Assembly (NCBI RefSeq): GCF_031769215.1
Contig: NW_026782835.1
Span: 1-60,977 of the forward strand
Direction of reading: 5' to 3'
Source of the DNA: Ylistrum balloti
Taxonomy: Eukaryota
Length of the DNA stretch: 60,977 nucleotides
The translations under genes and the position numbers were made by a program. Below the pieces are notes generated by a model that made no database searches, was not told the DNA's origin, and was given only the letters and a program-made list of their open reading frames with translations. Every line of letters starts with the position of its first letter. The first letter of the stretch is position 1. This document shows, piece after piece, positions 10,013 through 19,321 of this stretch.

Positions 10013-10127
10013 CCTTGTTTATAGAAAGAACATTGCATAGTAGCTGGAGCTGGCCATAGCTACTCACTGACCAACAACTATACTCTTTTATTTACTTTTA
10101 TTTTATACTCTTTGGTGTTTGTAGCTT

Positions 10128-12002
10128 TTATTTTCTTTGTCTTTGTGTTTTCTTTACCGTTGTGTTTTTTGTTTTACTGCTTGTTTTGCTATTTGAAGTA
10201 CTTGCTGGTCTTATTGGCTTTACTTCGTGGGTAAAGAATATATTATTCCGAACAGCAAAAATATTGCTTGGATCTAGTTTAGTTTTTACCGCTATAAGTG
10301 CTTCTTTTGTAACTGAATCGTATACAGAATCAACGAAGTCTGCCCTTAACTTTCCGATGCCGTGATGGTGGCTAATGGATCCACCAGCATTCAATATCTC
10401 CTGGCGGATAGTTTTTTCTAATAGAGAAAATTTATTCTCTGGATTTTTTACATGAGAAAAATTAAGTCCATGCGTAAAGTAAATGCACACACCTGTAGGA
10501 TAAATCTGCGTAATTCTTGTAGCAACAAAAGAAATGCCGGGGAACCTATTTCTTGTATGCAAATCTTGTGCTTTTCGCTTTACTGCATCACAGACTTTCT
10601 CTATATCATTCCACAGCACTGTGGTTTCATATGTTTCCCCAAGAATATAATAATCTAGAAAGAAATCACGTATATATGCAATAGCGTATGTAAGTGCGTA
10701 GCCGAGTTTACCGTTTGAACCCCCACCAAACACACCATTGTACTTCTTCGCTAACTTCTTCATCATCGTTTTCTGGTGTACTACCTCTTCTTTTGTTCCT
10801 TCAAACACAATAGTTGCTGCAGACATTTTCTTGAGATTAAATCGCTTAAGTACCTTAAGTATAAAAATCTGCAACGCACGAACTATCTTTTTCAAAAAAC
10901 CTGCTTCTGCCTTAAGTGCCTGCCCAAAGCGAAACTGTATATTGTCCATCAATCGTATGCTTGCGGGGTACGTCTGAAGATCTTTCATGTCTTTTAGAAA
11001 TTGTATGCCAGTGGAAAAGTCCTTAAAAATAATAGACTCGTATCCTTGTTGTTTTGGGACTTTGCGAATTTTTAACGTTGCTCTTGTTATTATCCCTACA
11101 TTTCCTTCGCTACCAAACAGTAAACGGGATATTTGCATGCCTGATGAGGTTCTTGGAAACATATGCTGAGATTCAATAATTCCTTTTGGGGTAACCATAG
11201 TAAATCTATCTACTATATCTTCTATATTTCCATATCTATTTTTTTTCATACCGCTTGCATTAGTAGCAATCCACCCTCCTACAGTGGAAAATTCTATACT
11301 ATCAGGTTCATGACCGGTTGTGTATCCGCTTTTCTTAAGAAATTGCTCTAGTGTTTCTCCCGTAATACCTGACTGGACTGTTACATAATGGTTATTGGTA
11401 TCTAGCGAGAGTATTTTTGTAAGCCTAGAAGTGTCTACAACGACTATCATACGTTTTTCATTTGTTGGAAGAGTAAGAGAAGAAGACACGCTCGTACCTC
11501 CTCCGTAGGGAACAAGGCATACATTGTACTTCTGTGCTAGTGTTACAATAGAAAATACCTCTTCCTCCTCAATGCAATAAAACACCGCATCAGCATACCT
11601 TTCCATACCACCGCAGTACAGCACCTTCATTACTTCATCGGCAGTAGTTTGCCCATGACTATGAATAAGCCTTTCCTTATCTTCAAAGCTTAGGCGATTC
11701 TTATGCTCTTTCTGCAGCTCAGATACAAAAAGCTTGTTTCTTTTTGGTGGGGGGAGCTGCACCTCCATTTCTGGTCTTTTTATATCAGAAAATGGATGTT
11801 GCAATACTTCATTCGCAAAGGGTATAAGCCGTGCCATCTCATAGCCTGACACAGGATAGCGCGAACCACTTACGGTTACCTTGCCGTTATCCTTAAGAAT
11901 AAACTTAGTATCTTTGTAACCCCATCTATGTTCTGCTTTTACATGAGGAAAGATTACATCTTCTCTTTGTAGTGATTTTTCTTTGAATGCTTTATCTTTC
12001 AT
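10128..12002 (-). CDS. Alkyldihydroxyacetonephosphate synthase-like FAD-linked oxidoreductase (eukaryotic AGPS type)
   Basis: WGYKDTKF, GGGTSVS, GYTTGHEPDSIEFSTVGGWIATNASGMKKNRYGNIED, GSEG..GIIT, PASIRLMDN, GET.ET, GGSISHHHGIGKLR follow the motif order of animal AGPS closely. Confidence 0.85.
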   Translation of the reverse strand: MKDKAFKEKSLQREDVIFPHVKAEHRWGYKDTKFILKDNGKVTVSGSRYPVSGYEMARLIPFANEVLQHPFSDIKRPEMEVQLPPPKRNKLFVSELQKEHKNRLSFEDKERLIHSHGQTTADEVMKVLYCGGMERYADAVFYCIEEEEVFSIVTLAQKYNVCLVPYGGGTSVSSSLTLPTNEKRMIVVVDTSRLTKILSLDTNNHYVTVQSGITGETLEQFLKKSGYTTGHEPDSIEFSTVGGWIATNASGMKKNRYGNIEDIVDRFTMVTPKGIIESQHMFPRTSSGMQISRLLFGSEGNVGIITRATLKIRKVPKQQGYESIIFKDFSTGIQFLKDMKDLQTYPASIRLMDNIQFRFGQALKAEAGFLKKIVRALQIFILKVLKRFNLKKMSAATIVFEGTKEEVVHQKTMMKKLAKKYNGVFGGGSNGKLGYALTYAIAYIRDFFLDYYILGETYETTVLWNDIEKVCDAVKRKAQDLHTRNRFPGISFVATRITQIYPTGVCIYFTHGLNFSHVKNPENKFSLLEKTIRQEILNAGGSISHHHGIGKLRADFVDSVYDSVTKEALIAVKTKLDPSNIFAVRNNIFFTHEVKPIRPASTSNSKTSSKTKNTTVKKTQRQRK

Positions 12003-13150
12003 TGTTTTCTCCCGTATCGCTTATGCGCATCTGAAAATGTATCGTCTATCACTGCGCAAAACAAGGAAAGTTCTAAGCACAGTGTTGTTGCGGCTATAAT
12101 CTCTGCTAGTTTCTTACTTGAATTCTCCCCACTGTCACATCCTATGACCCGTAGATTTCGTTTCTGAGACAGCAGCCGGGTACCTCCCCCTACCGTACCT
12201 ACCGTAAGAGATGGTAGGCGTACAATAATTTCTGCCCCCTCGCAGTCCTGTGCTTCTCCTATAAAGAGTGTGCCAAGTGCATTCTCTGCTGTGCATGCTA
12301 CATCCTGACCCATAGCTAAATATATTGCAGCTAAAGTGTTTGAAAAATGCAACTGCACCCCAAAAAGACCCGTAAGAGCATTAAAAGATGCCATACGTTG
12401 AAAGGATTGTACAAGTTTTTTGCTTGTGGCGTTAAGTAGTCGTACTATTGTTTCTTCTTTTATTACAGAACGTGCAATAACAAAATGTCCCCTTCCATGT
12501 AGTAGCGAGCGATAACTTGCTTTTTTGTCGCTGTTTAACCCAGACTCTACAAAGCATTCCCTTACATCAAAGTGCTTGGTCACGTAGTCCATTACACCTT
12601 TTGCAGCAATGGTTACCATATTCTGACCTGCTGCATCCCCTGTTGTAAAAAACAATTCGAGAACTACACTGCGGTAGAATATTATTTTTTTTATCTCAAT
12701 AAGCTTAGCATATGAAGAGGTAGCTTCTGCGCTTTTTTTTATTTCTTCATAATGTGCATCTACAAAGTCACAGAACTTCCTTGTGACCTCCATGTCCTCG
12801 AAGAAGAATGCCGGTGCTCTGCTAAGATGCTGGGAAATATAGTATGTATTAATACCCATTACAGAGGTTGCAAGCATACCTCGCGTAAGAGAGTACACAA
12901 GCGCGCCTTCAACTGTGCATACTGGTAGTTTGAACTCCCCATTCGCATAATCGCCATGTACCACCAGTGGTGATGCTACAGCTGTTGGTATAGAGGTATA
13001 CCCAATATGCTGTTCTATAATCCCCTCTAGCTCTTCTTCTGGATCAAAGAGATTTTTAGAGTAATCTACTCCAGTGCTTTCCTTTAACCACTGTACTCTT
13101 CTTTCTCTATCCTCTGCTTTCCACCCCCGCGGGGGTTTTCGCCTATTCAT
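11999..13150 (-). CDS. hmgA: Class I HMG-CoA reductase (NADPH type)
   Basis: EQHIG...P, TVEGALV (catalytic Glu), TGDAAGQNM, SDKK (catalytic Lys), GQDVA (catalytic Asp), LTVGTVGGGT, ELSL, C-terminal AH; ATGA overlap with the AGPS gene. Confidence 0.85.
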   Translation of the reverse strand: MNRRKPPRGWKAEDRERRVQWLKESTGVDYSKNLFDPEEELEGIIEQHIGYTSIPTAVASPLVVHGDYANGEFKLPVCTVEGALVYSLTRGMLATSVMGINTYYISQHLSRAPAFFFEDMEVTRKFCDFVDAHYEEIKKSAEATSSYAKLIEIKKIIFYRSVVLELFFTTGDAAGQNMVTIAAKGVMDYVTKHFDVRECFVESGLNSDKKASYRSLLHGRGHFVIARSVIKEETIVRLLNATSKKLVQSFQRMASFNALTGLFGVQLHFSNTLAAIYLAMGQDVACTAENALGTLFIGEAQDCEGAEIIVRLPSLTVGTVGGGTRLLSQKRNLRVIGCDSGENSSKKLAEIIAATTLCLELSLFCAVIDDTFSDAHKRYGRKQ

Positions 13151-13271
13151 ACATCATACTCCATTTTGCTTATATCGTTACGCTGTGTATTACTTCTCAT
13201 ATTACTTCTATATATGTATTATAGTATATTTTCGTTTACTGATTAATGCGCGTATCTATTACAATATACGT

Positions 13272-15566
13272 ATGGTAATATCACAGGAATATGCACGCGA
13301 TTTTTATGCAAAATTGCAAATGAAATACAAAAAACTGAGGGCAGAGTTCAAAAAACCTCTTACTCTTTCTGAAAAAATACTCTTTACACACCCCTTTTCT
13401 GAAATAAACTACAATGCTGTAGTTCGGGGTAAGGACCACATGTATTTTCGTCCAGACAGAGTAATAATGCAAGACGCTACAGCTCAGATGGCATTACTGC
13501 AGTTTATGCAATCAAAACTCTCTACCATCACCCTTCCTGCTAGCGTGCACTGCGACCATCTTATTCTTGCGAAAAGAAATGCGTTGCTAGACCTTAGCAA
13601 TGCAAAAACACAGAACAAGGAGATATACGATTTTCTTCTCAGTGCGTGTAGAAAATACGGCTTAGACTTTTGGGAACCGGGCGCTGGTATTATTCATCAG
13701 GTAACCTTAGAAAACTATGCCATTCCTGGTATGATGATTATTGGTACCGACTCGCACACTCCCAATGCTGGTGGTATCTGTTCCATAGCTGTGGGGGTGG
13801 GTGGTGCAGATGCAGTCGATGCACTTGTGGGTATGCCCTGGGAACTACTTATGCCAAAAATAATAGGGGTACACTTAAAGGGCACTGTCTCTCCATGGTG
13901 CTCGCCGAAAGACATCATATTAAAATTAGCTGGAGAGCTTACTGTAAAGGGGGGCACGGGGTATATCATAGAGTATTTTGGAGAGGGTGTCCATTCACTG
14001 TCCTGTACAGGAAGAGCAACGATAGGCAATATGGGGGCGGAAGTAGGAGCTACTACATCTATATTCCCTATGGATGACAATATCCTAGAATACATTACAC
14101 TTACCGAAAGAAAACATGTTGCTGACATAGCGGTTAAGCATGCTGAGATATGTAAAGCAGACGACGAAGTGCTACAGAACCCTCATTACTACTACGATAA
14201 AGTAATTAACATAGACCTTAGCACGCTAGAACCCTATATCAATGGGCCATATTCGCCAGATAGAGCCACCCCTCTTTCTGATTTTGCACGATTTATTCAA
14301 GCAGAGAAGTATCCAGAACACATAAGTGCTGCACTCATTGGGTCCTGCACCAACTCTTCCTATGAGGATTTAAGCAGAGTGTACTCTCTCCTTACCCAAG
14401 CAAAGAAGAAAAAATTAGCTCTTCGGACACCACTATGGCTCTCTCCCGGCTCTGAAAACATCTATCAGATCATAAAGCACAATGGCTATCTTACGCTGTT
14501 TGAGCAGTTTGGCACCCATGTACTAGCAAACGCCTGTGGTCCCTGCATTGGGCAATGGAAGCGCAGTGACATTAATGAAAATGATACAAATTCCATTATC
14601 AATTCATTTAATAGAAACTTTGCGAAGCGGGCTGATGGTAACCCCAATACACATTCCTTTGTAAGTTCACCAGAAATTGTAACTGCTATGGCATTGTCTG
14701 GTTCTCTACTCTTTAATCCCATGAAAGACAGTCTTATAAACAGCGACAAGGAACCTGTACAATTAAGCCCGCCTGATGCAGCGCCCCCTGCGCCTAGAGA
14801 ACTCCTACATACCATCTTTGGCAGTAAACCTAAGGGGCTTATTACAGCAAACGAAGATGAGATAGCACGGAAAAAACATATTGTATCCATTTCTCCCGAC
14901 TCTGAAAGACTACAAGAATTACAACCCTTCGAAGCATGGACACAAAAAAATTTCACACAGCTCTATCTACTTATAAAAGCAAAAGGAAAATGTACCACTG
15001 ATCATATTTCTATGGCTGGCCCATGGCTACGCTATCGTGGTCATCTTGAAAATATATCTAAAAACCTGCTTATAGGAGCGGTAAACGCTTTTAACGATAA
15101 AACAAACCACATATACAACCCCTTTACACACACATACCAGGAAATAGAACTCGTTGCACAGCACTACAAGATACAGAAGAGCAACCTTATTATTGTGGGA
15201 GACGAAAACTATGGAGAGGGCTCATCTCGAGAACATGCAGCATTGGAGCCGCGTTTTATGGGAGTAAAAGTTGTACTAGCAAAATCCTTTGCCCGCATCC
15301 ATGAAACAAACCTCAAAAAGCAGGGTATACTCCCCTTGTTGTTTATTGACCCAACAGACTACGATCGTATTCAAGAAAGAGATAGTATTGACGTACTTCG
15401 TGTAACAGAACTGCTTCCTCAATCTCGACTAGAACTTGTATTGCACCATGACAATGGAAGTACACACTCTTTTGAAGTAACACACACATTAAACGCAACT
15501 CAAACAGAATGGTTTAAGCAGGGTTCGGCTCTTAATATGATAAAAAATACACTGAGTTCTGCATAG
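13272..15566 (+). CDS. acn: Aconitate hydratase, mitochondrial/Bacteroidota type
   Basis: RPDRVIMQDATAQMALLQF, HCDHLI, GTDSHTPNAGG, GSCTNSSYED, NACGPCIGQW, SFNRNF, KCTTDHISMAGPWL, NYGEGSSREHAALEPR. Start moved from 13074 to in-frame ATG 13272 because the longer ORF overlaps hmgA. Confidence 0.93.
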   Translation: MVISQEYARDFYAKLQMKYKKLRAEFKKPLTLSEKILFTHPFSEINYNAVVRGKDHMYFRPDRVIMQDATAQMALLQFMQSKLSTITLPASVHCDHLILAKRNALLDLSNAKTQNKEIYDFLLSACRKYGLDFWEPGAGIIHQVTLENYAIPGMMIIGTDSHTPNAGGICSIAVGVGGADAVDALVGMPWELLMPKIIGVHLKGTVSPWCSPKDIILKLAGELTVKGGTGYIIEYFGEGVHSLSCTGRATIGNMGAEVGATTSIFPMDDNILEYITLTERKHVADIAVKHAEICKADDEVLQNPHYYYDKVINIDLSTLEPYINGPYSPDRATPLSDFARFIQAEKYPEHISAALIGSCTNSSYEDLSRVYSLLTQAKKKKLALRTPLWLSPGSENIYQIIKHNGYLTLFEQFGTHVLANACGPCIGQWKRSDINENDTNSIINSFNRNFAKRADGNPNTHSFVSSPEIVTAMALSGSLLFNPMKDSLINSDKEPVQLSPPDAAPPAPRELLHTIFGSKPKGLITANEDEIARKKHIVSISPDSERLQELQPFEAWTQKNFTQLYLLIKAKGKCTTDHISMAGPWLRYRGHLENISKNLLIGAVNAFNDKTNHIYNPFTHTYQEIELVAQHYKIQKSNLIIVGDENYGEGSSREHAALEPRFMGVKVVLAKSFARIHETNLKKQGILPLLFIDPTDYDRIQERDSIDVLRVTELLPQSRLELVLHHDNGSTHSFEVTHTLNATQTEWFKQGSALNMIKNTLSSA

Positions 15567-15589
15567 CAGGGGCTAGGATAATAAAAATC

Positions 15590-15618
15590 TTTACTGATTT
15601 GAAGAAATTATGTATACT
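15590..15618 (+). promoter_or_regulatory. Putative sigma70 promoter of tRNA-Ser/ffs/dnaX
   Basis: TTTACT, 17 nt, TATACT, 11 nt upstream of the mature tRNA 5' end. Confidence 0.5.
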
Positions 15619-15629
15619 TATAGTAGAGT

Positions 15630-15716
15630 GGAGAGGTGACCGAGTGGTTTAAGGGGCACGCTTGGAGAGCGTGTGTACTTGAGAAAGTACCGAGGGTTCG
15701 AATCCCTCTCTCTCCG
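15630..15716 (+). tRNA. tRNA-Ser (anticodon GGA), CCA not encoded
   Basis: Acceptor GGAGAGG/TCTCTCC+G, D-arm GAGTGGTTTAAGG, anticodon stem CACGC-TTGGAGA-GCGTG, long variable arm GTACTT-GAGA-AAGTAC, T-loop GGTTCGAATCC. Confidence 0.97.
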
Positions 15717-15717
15717 T

Positions 15718-15843
15718 GGACCCTTCAACAGTGATGTTCGGTGTGCTATTCATAGCATATATCTAACCCCGTCAGATCTGAGAGGAAGCAGCGGTACATA
15801 TATTTCATATGGTATAGTTCTTTCGTACTGAGTTGAAGGGTTC
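15718..15843 (+). ncRNA. ffs: Small bacterial signal recognition particle RNA (4.5S)
   Basis: Domain IV core GTCAGATCT-GAGA-GGAAGCAGC with GNRA loop; terminal helix GACCCTTCAAC/GTTGAAGGGTTC; sits directly upstream of dnaX, the usual position. Confidence 0.88.
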
Positions 15844-15852
15844 TTTGAAAAC

Positions 15853-17355
15853 ATGGATATACAATACGAAAACACAGCAAACAAACTAAGACCTCAGAAT
15901 TTTGATGCATTGGTTGGACAAGACTTTGTTATTACCTCTTTGCAAGGTGAGATAGAATCCAAGACCATCGCGCATGCGTATTTGCTCAGTGGTCCACGTG
16001 GTGTAGGAAAAACCTCACTTGCTCGACTTATTGCATTAGCGGTAAACAGGCCAGATGGGCAAGATTTTACCACATTGGAGTACGAAGGAAGTATGGAAAT
16101 ACGAGGGGGTTCTAGCTTAGATGTTATCGAAATAGATGGTGCATCATACACAAGCGTAGAAAATGTTCGTAAAATACGCGAAGAGGTGCTCTACGCTCCG
16201 GTAAAATGTAAGTACAAAATATATATTATAGACGAAGTGCACATGCTCTCTCATAGTGCCTTTAATGCATTACTTAAAACCATCGAGGAACCCCCACCGT
16301 ATATCATCTTTATCTTTGCTACCACAGAGCTCGACAAAGTTCCGCTTACAATACGATCGCGTTGTCAGCAGTTTACATTACATCTTATTCCTATAAATAT
16401 TATAGTAAGCAAATTACATATGATATGCAAAGAACGCAATATAACAGCAGACGATGAAGCTCTGCACTGGGTTGCAAAAGAGGCTCGGGGCTCACTAAGA
16501 GATGCGTATGTTCTCTTTGACCAGATAATAGCCTTCTCTGGAAGCAATATAACACTGCAGGCAATTGAAAAGAACTTAGGCCTTGCTGGTATTGATACAC
16601 TGAGTTCACTCTTCTTGCTCTGTATCGAAAAAAAACGCAGAGAAGTGCAGGAGCTACTAGCATCTATTTTTGAAAAAGGAACTCATTTTGAAAAACTGCT
16701 CTCTGAAGCGTGTGAGTACCTAAGAAATATCCTTCTTATAAAGAACGGCCTCTTCTCTAAGCAACTACTTGGGTACAGCATCGATCAATTTGATAAGATG
16801 GTATATACTCAACTAAGTGTAGAGCAAATAGAATACGCTCTACGACTACTGCTCGAATGCTACCGCAATTCCCGATACTCCATAGAGCCACGCTTTGAAA
16901 TTGAACTCGTTTTCAGTGTGCTCTGTACCATCACAGAGCACAAAAGCATCAATATGGTAATACAAGACCTACAAACAATACAATCAGATATTGCAAACAC
17001 CTTATCCGAAACAAAAACAGCTGGGTCTATCACGCAGGCACAGCAAGACACTCACACTACAGCAAACTCCCCAGCAACAGAGACTGCGCATACCACTCAC
17101 ACTACAGCACGTGCCCCAACTACAGAGACTACGCATGCTATACGTAGTAGCAACCACAGTGCAGTAGATGCTATGCATACTTCTCCCACACACAGCCACA
17201 ATCCCTCAGAACACGAAAACACTCAAAGCAACAGCACACCTCCAGATACCTCACAAGATGCCGTGCAAGCAAGAAAAAAAGAGAAGATTGCAAAAGCGTT
17301 ACATATATTTGGTGGACAGATAATCGAGGAAGAAAGCGATGAACATACTCAATGA
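15853..17355 (+). CDS. dnaX: DNA polymerase III subunit gamma/tau
   Basis: RPQNFDALVGQ, HAYLLSGPRGVGKTS, DVIEIDGAS, IIDEVHMLS..AFNALLKTIEEPP, TIRSRCQ, GSLRDA. Confidence 0.95.
   Translation: MDIQYENTANKLRPQNFDALVGQDFVITSLQGEIESKTIAHAYLLSGPRGVGKTSLARLIALAVNRPDGQDFTTLEYEGSMEIRGGSSLDVIEIDGASYTSVENVRKIREEVLYAPVKCKYKIYIIDEVHMLSHSAFNALLKTIEEPPPYIIFIFATTELDKVPLTIRSRCQQFTLHLIPINIIVSKLHMICKERNITADDEALHWVAKEARGSLRDAYVLFDQIIAFSGSNITLQAIEKNLGLAGIDTLSSLFLLCIEKKRREVQELLASIFEKGTHFEKLLSEACEYLRNILLIKNGLFSKQLLGYSIDQFDKMVYTQLSVEQIEYALRLLLECYRNSRYSIEPRFEIELVFSVLCTITEHKSINMVIQDLQTIQSDIANTLSETKTAGSITQAQQDTHTTANSPATETAHTTHTTARAPTTETTHAIRSSNHSAVDAMHTSPTHSHNPSEHENTQSNSTPPDTSQDAVQARKKEKIAKALHIFGGQIIEEESDEHTQ
17049..17140 (+). 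repeat. Imperfect 45-bp tandem repeat in the dnaX C-terminal linker
   Basis: CACTCACACTACAGCA starts at 17049 and 17094 and ACAGAGACT recurs; encodes THTTANSPATETAHT / THTTARAPTTETTHA. Confidence 0.75.
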
Positions 17356-17929
17356 ACTGGTAGCGCTGTTTGCTAAATTTCCTGGAATAGGAAGAAAAAC
17401 AGCTCAGCGTTTTGTGTTCTTTCTTCTTAAGAAAGAAAGAGGTTTCTCACAGCAACTTGCACAACGCCTAAGCGTAGTGCACGACAGCATTCGTTCTTGT
17501 TCTGAATGTGGGAATATAAGCGAAAACGACATTTGCGCAGTCTGTAGTGATGTACAGAGAAACCGTCAACTACTCTGCGTGGTAGCAAGTATACAAGATG
17601 TACTAGCCGTAGAGAGTTGTCAGAACTATCTTGGGCTATACCATGTGCTTGGGGGTCTCATCGATCCACTGGAGGGTGTAGGGCCAGAAGATCTGGCTAT
17701 TACCGCACTACAAAAACGTATAGAGGGGGGGATGTTTAAGGAAATTATACTCGCCACACCTCCTTCTATCAATGGGGAGGTAACTGCACGCTATATTATC
17801 AACATGAACGAAGATAAAAACTATGCATTTACACGCATAGCACAGGGCATTCCTCGCGGTGGAAACTTTGAATTTACAGATAAAACAACCCTTGCATACG
17901 CACTGGAAGCACGACGGCAATTCAAATAA
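17339..17929 (+). CDS. recR: Recombination mediator RecR
   Basis: FPGIGRKTAQRF, C4 zinc finger CSECGN..ENDICAVC, YHVLGGLIDPLEG.GPEDL Toprim region. Confidence 0.95.
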   Translation: MNILNELVALFAKFPGIGRKTAQRFVFFLLKKERGFSQQLAQRLSVVHDSIRSCSECGNISENDICAVCSDVQRNRQLLCVVASIQDVLAVESCQNYLGLYHVLGGLIDPLEGVGPEDLAITALQKRIEGGMFKEIILATPPSINGEVTARYIINMNEDKNYAFTRIAQGIPRGGNFEFTDKTTLAYALEARRQFK

Positions 17930-17995
17930 TGTATTCAGATAATTCTGGTGCTACAATCTATATAATCTATATGTCACATACTATATAGCTCATAA

Positions 17996-19321
17996 CTATG
18001 TAGTATCGCTGCTTTTCGTATTCTTCTTTGTGTGTTTTTCTAAATCAAAAGCTTTAGGGCGTTCAATGGGAATCTGCAGTATTCTATCAATAATATGCTG
18101 TGCCATAAGACCTATAATTCTCCCTGTTCCAAACAATACCGTATAGAAATCAAATTCAGTAATGCCTAAAGAGTAGAGAGCTGCTCCAGTTATTGCATCA
18201 ATATTTGGATTTGGGTTAGAAATTTTTCTTACATTGGAAAGTATACCAGGAGCAACATCATATACCATGTCTGCTACATGGACGTACTCCGATACTATGT
18301 TGTTGTCGTGTATAAAGTTCTTTACTAAAGTATAGCGTGGGTCTTCTACACGAAGCGCGGCATGTCCATAGCCTGGAATTTTCCTTCCTTGCTGCAACTC
18401 GTTTTCTATATAGTCACTTATAAAATCGTGGTTAAGTTCTTTCTTCTCCTCCCTCGCCTTTGCTTGTAGACGCAACAACCATTTGAATGTCTCTTCATTC
18501 GCATGTCCATGCAGTGGACCAGCAAGGGCTACCATACTTGCTACACACGTGTAGAAGGCGTTTACCAACGTCGATCCTACAAGGTGGCAGGTATGAGCCG
18601 AAGCATTGGCTGGTCCATGGTCGGCATGGGTAAAAATAAAAAGACGTATAAAATCCATAGCCTTTGCATCCTTAAACCCCATCATCCTGCTAAGATTACC
18701 TGCCCAATCTAATGTGTAATCGGGGGCTATGGTGTCGCTGTGCTTGCAGTATCGTGTATAAATATACGAAGTAATCTGATTAAGCCCAGCAATAAGTGTA
18801 AGCGCATCAGCATAGGAATACTCCCAATACTGTTCCTTAGGAATGCCGGCATCGTACTTTTCCATAAATGTTGATGTGGTGGTCCAGCAAAGCAAGGCAA
18901 CACAAAATCGAGATACTGGATCGCTCTTCTTGGGAAGATTATCAATAGCTGTAAAAATATGGTGGGGTATATACGTTCGGGTAAGCAGGTGTGCACGAAA
19001 ATCTTCCATTTGTGATTGGCTGGGTATTTCCCCACAAAGCAAAAACCAGAATAATGCTTCTGTAGAAGGCATGGTGGTGTTCTGAAACTTTGGTAAGCTC
19101 GTTAGTAGACTTGCAAGAGAATGCTGCCTATAGTACACCCCCTTATCAGCATGCACAATGGAAGTGGGAGAGTAGAGTAGGGGCAGATTTCTCATTCCAT
19201 AGAATATACTCCTTGGTGATATGTACTCTAACTGCTCCTCTCCCCGCTCTTGCACTAAGTAGACAATCTTGTCTCTAATCTCAATATTATTCTTATATGT
19301 AAGTGTTTTTAGTTCTTTCAC
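17996..19321 (-). CDS. gltA: Citrate synthase, eukaryotic (dimeric) type
   Basis: YGMRNL, EALFWFLLCGEIPS, HADHGPANASAHTCHLVGSTL, LAGPLHG.AN, IPGYGHAALR..DPRY, PNIDA, TVLFG, ERPK. Confidence 0.9.
   Translation of the reverse strand: MKELKTLTYKNNIEIRDKIVYLVQERGEEQLEYISPRSIFYGMRNLPLLYSPTSIVHADKGVYYRQHSLASLLTSLPKFQNTTMPSTEALFWFLLCGEIPSQSQMEDFRAHLLTRTYIPHHIFTAIDNLPKKSDPVSRFCVALLCWTTTSTFMEKYDAGIPKEQYWEYSYADALTLIAGLNQITSYIYTRYCKHSDTIAPDYTLDWAGNLSRMMGFKDAKAMDFIRLFIFTHADHGPANASAHTCHLVGSTLVNAFYTCVASMVALAGPLHGHANEETFKWLLRLQAKAREEKKELNHDFISDYIENELQQGRKIPGYGHAALRVEDPRYTLVKNFIHDNNIVSEYVHVADMVYDVAPGILSNVRKISNPNPNIDAITGAALYSLGITEFDFYTVLFGTGRIIGLMAQHIIDRILQIPIERPKAFDLEKHTKKNTKSSDTT

Noticed and set aside
10035-10065. 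GTAGCT...AGCTAC hairpin between fabF and AGPS as a bidirectional terminator
   Set aside because: Only a 6-bp stem with a long loop and no adjacent U-tract; too weak to call.
13074-13271. 66-aa N-terminal extension of aconitase in the ORF track
   Set aside because: Overlaps the divergent hmgA start and reads like intergenic AT-rich sequence; homology begins after ATG 13272.
15630-15716. Long-variable-arm tRNA as possible tRNA-Sec
   Set aside because: Anticodon is GGA with a 7-bp acceptor stem; an ordinary tRNA-Ser.
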